Below are positions 58,971 through 64,000 of a DNA stretch of 64,000 bases, piece after piece. Each line of letters starts with the position of its first letter. Within the stretch, counting starts at the first letter, position 1. The notes beneath the pieces were generated by a model. That model made no database searches. It was given only the letters and a program-made list of their open reading frames with translations, and had not been told where the DNA came from. The position numbers were made by a program, and so were the translations under genes. Origin of the DNA: an uncultured Planctomycetales bacterium (GTDB lineage: Bacteria; Omnitrophota; Gorgyraeia; Zapsychrales; CAYRXT01); assembly GCA_964428315.1 (NCBI GenBank), contig CAYRXT010000009.1, forward strand, positions 4,514 to 68,513. Reading direction: 5' to 3'.

Positions 58971-60284
58971 ATGGGCAAAAAGGACATTAAGAGTCTGGTC
59001 AGTCAGCTCGTTCTTTCCAGCGACTTGGATAAGAAGGCCTCCTTTGCGAGAGACATTTTCTCGGAGGCCCTAGGGCTGGGCATCTACCCGAGCTCGGCGC
59101 AGCAGCTTTATAAAGCGTGCGCGGAGGGGAAATGCGGAGGGTTCACGGTCCCGGCCGTCAATCTGCGGATGCTGACTTTCGACGTGGCCAAGGCCGTATT
59201 CCGTGCGGCCAAGAAGAACCATGCCGGGGCATTCATGTTCGAAATCTCCAAGCCGGAGATGGACTATACCGGTCAATGCCCCCTTGAATTTACGGGTGCG
59301 TTGCTGGCCGCGGCGGTGGAGGAGAAATTTGAGGGGCCGGTTTTTATCCAGGGCGATCATGTTCAGGTAGGGGCGAGACGGTTTGCCCTTGATCCGGAGA
59401 AAGAGATGAAAGGGCTTAAAGATGTGATGGCCGGCGCCATGGAAGCGGGATTTTACAACATTGTAATGGATTTCACCAATCTGATCAGTCAGGACAACGT
59501 ATCCCGCAAGGAAAGGCAGAGACGCAATTTCGAGACCTGCGCCCTGATGACACGGTTCATCAGGCAGAACGAACCGTCGGGCATAAAGGTGTCCCTGGGA
59601 GCCGTCATCGGTGACATCGAAGGAATGAATGAGGCAGAAGAGACCCTGCGCGGTTTTATGGAGGGCTATTGGGAAGGCCTTCCGGCCGGCATGGACGGAC
59701 TGAGCAAAATCAGTGTTCAGGCAAAAGCGGCTTTTAAAAACGATATGATGCACAAGGTTAATCCGGCTGGAGGTCAGCTTAATTTTGAAGCGCTCGGCAG
59801 ATTGTCGGCCGTCGCCCGGAATACGTATTCTCTGGGAGGGCTGGTCCATGACGGCCTTCAGGCCCTGCCCATGAATGATTTCGGGAAATTCGTCGAGGCC
59901 AAGGTCCTTGAGGTGCGCCTGGCCACGCAGTTCCAGGATATGATTTTGGACAGTTCGTATTTCCCCAAGGATCTCAAGGAGAAGATGTATCTTTGGGTTA
60001 AAAAGACATGTCAAAAGGAGAGAAAAGAGGACCAGCCGGAAGACCAATTCCTTTGTCAGATGCGCAGGAAGTCGTTGGGATTCTTCAAGGAGGAACTCAT
60101 GAATTTGCCCGAAGAGATGAAGGAAAACCTGACCCAGGAGGTCGAGGCCCGGCTGGATTTCCTTTTTAAACAATTAAAGGTTCGGGACACAGCGCCTCTG
60201 GCAAGAAATTACGCGAAACCGGCGGAGGCCGGTCTCACGGGCTGCGTGAAGGCGTCCGCCTTAAATAGAAAAGACGAGACATAA
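58971..60284 (+). CDS. GatZ/KbaZ-family protein (tagatose-bisphosphate aldolase non-catalytic subunit / tagatose-6-P epimerase-like)
   Basis: 437 aa. Colinear with GatZ: FEISKPEMDYTG aligns with IEATSNQVNQFGGYTG, QGDHVQVG with GGDHLGPN, and GFYNIVMDFTN with GFSKIHLDASM. Confidence 0.5.
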   Translation: MGKKDIKSLVSQLVLSSDLDKKASFARDIFSEALGLGIYPSSAQQLYKACAEGKCGGFTVPAVNLRMLTFDVAKAVFRAAKKNHAGAFMFEISKPEMDYTGQCPLEFTGALLAAAVEEKFEGPVFIQGDHVQVGARRFALDPEKEMKGLKDVMAGAMEAGFYNIVMDFTNLISQDNVSRKERQRRNFETCALMTRFIRQNEPSGIKVSLGAVIGDIEGMNEAEETLRGFMEGYWEGLPAGMDGLSKISVQAKAAFKNDMMHKVNPAGGQLNFEALGRLSAVARNTYSLGGLVHDGLQALPMNDFGKFVEAKVLEVRLATQFQDMILDSSYFPKDLKEKMYLWVKKTCQKERKEDQPEDQFLCQMRRKSLGFFKEELMNLPEEMKENLTQEVEARLDFLFKQLKVRDTAPLARNYAKPAEAGLTGCVKASALNRKDET

Positions 60285-60317
60285 ACCGCCCAATACATTG
60301 AAAGGAAGGAAGTCATA

Positions 60318-61310
60318 ATGGCCAGGATATATTACGACCAGGACGCAGGCTTCGGTTGTCTGTCGGGAAAAACCATCGCCGTCATCGGTTACGGCATCCA
60401 GGGACGGGGCCAGGCCTTAAACCTGCGCGACAGCGGACTCAGCGTCATCGTGGCTCAGAGAGAGGGATCGGCCAATTACGAACAGGCCAGGAAAGACGGA
60501 TGGGATCCCGTCGACGCGAAGACGGCCGCCAAAAAGGCTGACATCATTCAGATCCTGACGCAGGACCATGTCCAGGCGCAGTTATACAAAAAGTCGATAG
60601 GGCGCTATCTTAAAGAAGGCAAGGCCCTGGTCTTTTCGCACGGATTCAACATTCATTTTAAGCAAATCGTCCCCCCTGAAACTGTGGATGTTTTTATGGT
60701 CGCCCCGAAAGGTCCCGGCGCTCTGGTGCGCCGTCAGTATGAGGAAGGCAAGGGTGTGCCCTGTCTGGTGGCGGTCCATCAGAACCCCTCGGGCAAGGCC
60801 CTGGATTACGCCCTGGCCTACGCCAAGGGCATCGGCGGGACGCGCGCCGGCGTCATCGAAACGACCTTCAAGGAGGAGACGGAGACGGACCTTTTCGGAG
60901 AGCAGGCCGTCCTCTGCGGCGGGACGAGCGAGCTTGTCAAGGCCGGCTTCGAGACGCTCGTGGAGGCCGGCTATCAGCCCGAGATCGCCTATTTTGAATG
61001 TCTGCACGAGTTAAAATTGATTGTCGATATCATTTATGAAGAAGGCATCCAGGGGATGCGCCGCCGGGTGTCTGACACGGCTGAATACGGCGACCTGACC
61101 CGGGGGAAGAAGGTCGTGAATGAAAAGACGCGCAAGGTGATGCAGAAGATCCTGGCGGACATCCAGTCCGGGAAATTCGCCCGTGAATGGATGCGCGAAA
61201 ATAAAAAGGGCCGCCCGAACATGTCCCAGCTCAGGGACGAGGCCGCGCGCCATCCGATCGAAGAGGTCGGACAGAGACTTCGCGGAATGATGCCGTGGAT
61301 GAAGAAGTAA
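60318..61310 (+). CDS. ilvC: Ketol-acid reductoisomerase
   Basis: N-terminal [21 protein letters not shown]. 330 aa. Confidence 0.95.
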   Translation: MARIYYDQDAGFGCLSGKTIAVIGYGIQGRGQALNLRDSGLSVIVAQREGSANYEQARKDGWDPVDAKTAAKKADIIQILTQDHVQAQLYKKSIGRYLKEGKALVFSHGFNIHFKQIVPPETVDVFMVAPKGPGALVRRQYEEGKGVPCLVAVHQNPSGKALDYALAYAKGIGGTRAGVIETTFKEETETDLFGEQAVLCGGTSELVKAGFETLVEAGYQPEIAYFECLHELKLIVDIIYEEGIQGMRRRVSDTAEYGDLTRGKKVVNEKTRKVMQKILADIQSGKFAREWMRENKKGRPNMSQLRDEAARHPIEEVGQRLRGMMPWMKK

Positions 61311-61546
61311 GACCCATCGTCCTCGGGAAAATGGATGAGGACTCAGGATAAATTCCGCCTCAAACTTGCATCGTCGAAGACTCTGTAAGTTTGGGCGTCA
61401 TTTATGATGCCGTGGATGAAGAAGTAAGATCCTTCGTCCTCGGGAAAATGGATGAGGACTCAGGATAAATTCCGCCTCAAACTTACATCGTCGAAGACTC
61501 TGCAAGTTTGGGCGTCATTTATGATGCCGTGGATGAGAAAATAAAG
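61287..61546 (+). repeat. Tandem direct repeat: two full 117 bp units plus a partial third unit, beginning inside the last 24 nt of ilvC
   Basis: Units at 61287-61403 and 61404-61520 differ at 4 of 117 positions. A third copy of the first ~16 nt lies at 61521-61536. Each unit contains a CAAACTT..AAGTTTG hairpin. Confidence 0.85.
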
Positions 61547-61605
61547 TCACCAGGTAACCAAGTCGCCAAGTCACCAAGTCATATGTGACACGGTGACCTT
61601 CTCCG

Positions 61606-62352
61606 ATGTTTCTTTGGTTTGGAATAAGAAAAGAAGTCGGGGCCCCGAAGGCTATAAAAGCCTATAAAGATAACGTCGGGGGAAACTTGGTGTCCTTGTG
61701 CCTTGGTAACATCGATATGTCGAACCACCCTTTAAAACTTCATCTGGGATGCGGGACAAAACGGATGGATGGCTGGGTCAACGTGGATGCCGTCAAGGCC
61801 TGCCATCCTGACCTTGTGCACGACCTTTGCGAGCCCCTGCCGTATCCGGATATGTCGGTCGATGTCATACTCGCCGAGGACATCCTGGAGCACTTCGACA
61901 AATATATGCGGTACATTGTTTTTTCGGATTGGGCCAGGGTCTTGAAAATCGGGGGCGAAATGACCCTCCAGGTTCCCAACTTTAAAAAGCTTCTTCTGCG
62001 GTTTTTCAAATTCGGGTTCGACAATTTCGTCGACATGGTTTACGGGGAAAACATGTGGCGGTCCGAGATCTATAACGGCCATTACGGCAACCACAAGTGG
62101 GGCTATTCCGCCCGGTCGCTGAACGCGTTCGTCGGTCTGTTCGGGATTGAATCGGATCAGGTCGACGAAAAGGGGCTTAATCTGCGTTTTACCGGACACA
62201 AGGTCCGCCACGTCCCGACGGAAGAGCTGGACGCGGCCGAGATCCCGTCCCATGCCAACAAGACCGGCGAGGGGAAAGACAGCCTGCCGGTGGGATTTGT
62301 CCGCGGCAGAATCAAAGAGTATCGTGAAGGAAGGACAGGAAGCCATGACTAA
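61606..62352 (+). CDS. Class I SAM-dependent methyltransferase
   Basis: Motif I LHLGCGTKRMDGWVNVD and motif II VDVILAEDILEH. The start is uncertain: ATG at 61606 or ATG at 61717. It overlaps the leuA start by 8 nt. Confidence 0.6.
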   Translation: MFLWFGIRKEVGAPKAIKAYKDNVGGNLVSLCLGNIDMSNHPLKLHLGCGTKRMDGWVNVDAVKACHPDLVHDLCEPLPYPDMSVDVILAEDILEHFDKYMRYIVFSDWARVLKIGGEMTLQVPNFKKLLLRFFKFGFDNFVDMVYGENMWRSEIYNGHYGNHKWGYSARSLNAFVGLFGIESDQVDEKGLNLRFTGHKVRHVPTEELDAAEIPSHANKTGEGKDSLPVGFVRGRIKEYREGRTGSHD

Positions 62353-63877
62353 AAAACCCTTATCCCGTCCGGAGAAGGTGCTAATTTTCGACACGACCCT
62401 GCGTGACGGCGAGCAGGCGCCGGGCGCGAGCATGAACGAAAAGGAAAAGCTGGAGATCGCCTTTGCCCTGGAGCGCATGGGTGTGGATATCATCGAGGCG
62501 GGTTTTCCGGTGATCTCCGAAGGGGATTTCGAATCGGTAAAGAACGTGGCCAGACATATCCGGACGTCGGTCGTCTGCGGTCTGGCCCGGTGCACCCGGA
62601 AAGATATCGACGCGGCCTGTGACGCCGTTAAAAAGGCGAAACGGGCGCGGGTCCATGTCTTTTTGGCCACCTCCAAGATCCACCGGGATTTTAAGCTCAA
62701 AAAGAACCCGGAAGAGATCCTGGACATGGGCGTCGAGGCGGTGAAGTACGCCAGGAAGAGGATCTCAGACATCGAGTTCTCTCCCGAAGACGCGACCAGG
62801 ACCGAGAAGGAATTCCTGTACCGGATCATCGAAGCGGTGATCAAGGCGGGCGCCCGGACGGTGAACATCCCGGACACGGTGGGTTATGCCATGCCCCATG
62901 AATACGGGCAGTTGATCGAAGACATCAAGAACAATGTCCCCAACATCAGCAAGGCGGTCATCTCGGTTCACTGCCATGATGACCTGGGCGTGGCCGTGGC
63001 CAATTCACTGGCGGCCGTCAAAAACGGGGCGCGGCAGGTCGAATGCACCATCAACGGCATCGGCGAGCGCGCGGGCAACGCCTCGATGGAAGAGATCGTC
63101 ATGGCACTGGCCACGCGCGGCGATTTTTACGGGTGCGGTTCAAAGATACGGACCCAGGAGATCTACCGGACCTCCCGTCTGGTCAGCCGCCTGACGGGTT
63201 TTGTCGTGCCTCCGAACAAGGCGATTGTCGGCGGGAACGCCTTCCGGCACGAGGCGGGGATCCATCAGGACGGGATCCTGAAAGAACGCTCGACTTACGA
63301 GATCATGCGGCCGGAGGACGTCGGCTTTGTGGGGACGGGGCTCGTCCTGGGGAAACATTCCGGCCGTCATGCCTTTAGTTCCCGTTTAAAAGCGCTGGGC
63401 TTCAATCTGGATCAGGACCAGATCGCCAGGGCTTTTGAACGCTTCAAACTGGTCGCCGACAAGAAGAAACAGGTCTTTAACGAGGATCTCGTGGCTATCG
63501 TCGAGGATGAGGTCAAACTGGTCGAAAAGGTGTGGCAGCTGACGTCCATGGCGACCCAAAGCGGGACAGATGTGGAGCCGCGGGCTACCGTTAAAATGAA
63601 ATCGGGAGGGGAGGTCCGCGAGGCGAACTCTTCCGGTGACGGCCAGATCGACGCCTGTTACAGGGCCGTAGACAAGATCACGAAGATGAAGGGCGAGCTC
63701 CTAGACTATTCGATCCATTCCGTGACGCGCGGCAAGGACGCCCTAGGCGAGGTCACGGTGAAGGTGAAGATCAAAGGCAAAAAGGTCATCGGCCACGGCG
63801 CGAGCACGGACATCATCGAGGCCTCGGCCAAGGCCTACATCAACGCCGTCAACAAGGTCCTGTCGCAGACCGCCTGA
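62345..63877 (+). CDS. leuA: 2-isopropylmalate synthase
   Basis: [22 protein letters not shown] and a C-terminal LeuA dimerisation/regulatory domain. ATG at 62345, in frame within the longer track ORF. Confidence 0.9.
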   Translation: MTKKPLSRPEKVLIFDTTLRDGEQAPGASMNEKEKLEIAFALERMGVDIIEAGFPVISEGDFESVKNVARHIRTSVVCGLARCTRKDIDAACDAVKKAKRARVHVFLATSKIHRDFKLKKNPEEILDMGVEAVKYARKRISDIEFSPEDATRTEKEFLYRIIEAVIKAGARTVNIPDTVGYAMPHEYGQLIEDIKNNVPNISKAVISVHCHDDLGVAVANSLAAVKNGARQVECTINGIGERAGNASMEEIVMALATRGDFYGCGSKIRTQEIYRTSRLVSRLTGFVVPPNKAIVGGNAFRHEAGIHQDGILKERSTYEIMRPEDVGFVGTGLVLGKHSGRHAFSSRLKALGFNLDQDQIARAFERFKLVADKKKQVFNEDLVAIVEDEVKLVEKVWQLTSMATQSGTDVEPRATVKMKSGGEVREANSSGDGQIDACYRAVDKITKMKGELLDYSIHSVTRGKDALGEVTVKVKIKGKKVIGHGASTDIIEASAKAYINAVNKVLSQTA

Positions 63878-63883
63878 ATTTTT

Positions 63884-64000
63884 ATGGAAGAAGAGCGAAA
63901 CACCGTATACGGGCTTATCGGTTACCCTCTGGGGCACAGCCTCTCGCCGCTGATGCACAACACGGCCTTTGAGGCCCTCGGGGTCCCGGCCGTGTACAAG
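63884..64000 (+). CDS. aroE: Shikimate dehydrogenase, N-terminal part. Continues beyond the window.
   Basis: [19 protein letters not shown] is the AroE substrate-binding motif. The frame is open to the window end. Confidence 0.75.
   Translation, partial: MEEERNTVYGLIGYPLGHSLSPLMHNTAFEALGVPAVYK

Noticed and set aside
61732-62877. 381 aa minus-strand ORF
   Set aside because: It is antisense to the methyltransferase and leuA, which has clear homology on the + strand.
1-64000. Mobile elements, prophage or integron signatures
   Set aside because: No transposase, integrase, recombinase or phage structural homologs were recognised. Apart from the 117 bp tandem repeat and the short GTCACC arrays, I noticed no terminal inverted repeats or larger repeats.

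Overview
This 64 kb window is a densely coded bacterial chromosomal segment, roughly 55-60% GC by eye. Almost every gene lies on the + strand. The only credible minus-strand genes are lpxB and a Gfo/Idh/MocA oxidoreductase. The organism looks Gram-negative, because lpxB, an msbA-like exporter, an AsmA protein and a TolC-family fragment are present. I see no rRNA genes, CRISPR arrays, transposases or integrases. Conserved housekeeping blocks are present: rRNA methyltransferases, metE, rpsB-tsf-pyrH-frr, a tRNA Lys-Leu-Gly cluster, ptsN-yvcK-ptsH-ptsI, a nucleotidyltransferase, metK-ahcY, pfkA and ilvC-leuA-aroE. Between them sit several less ordinary regions. One is a copper and thiol-redox envelope neighbourhood. 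It contains ccdA, a transglutaminase-like protein, a CsoR repressor with a clear palindromic operator, a Cys-rich membrane protein, a truncated TolC-family gene, a YHS-domain protein, a three-domain DsbD and a thioredoxin-fold protein. A second is a tight operon that joins glycogen enzymes (GH57 and MalQ) to DsbA, a MauE/DoxX membrane protein and a fused Memo-like/AMMECR1 protein; that fusion carries an N-terminal hydrophobic leader and has no radical SAM partner. Other items are three paralogous orphan CheY-like receivers, a YyaL-like gene missing its thioredoxin domain, and a cluster of an Fe-S PD-(D/E)XK nuclease, a PilZ protein, a secreted SNase and a DUF45 metallopeptidase. There is also a 1089 aa GH94-like putative glycoside phosphorylase and a complete MoxR/DUF58/BatABCDE aerotolerance operon. 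A 117 bp tandem duplication spans the ilvC 3' end, and GTCACC/GGTGAC repeat elements occur at both ends of the window.
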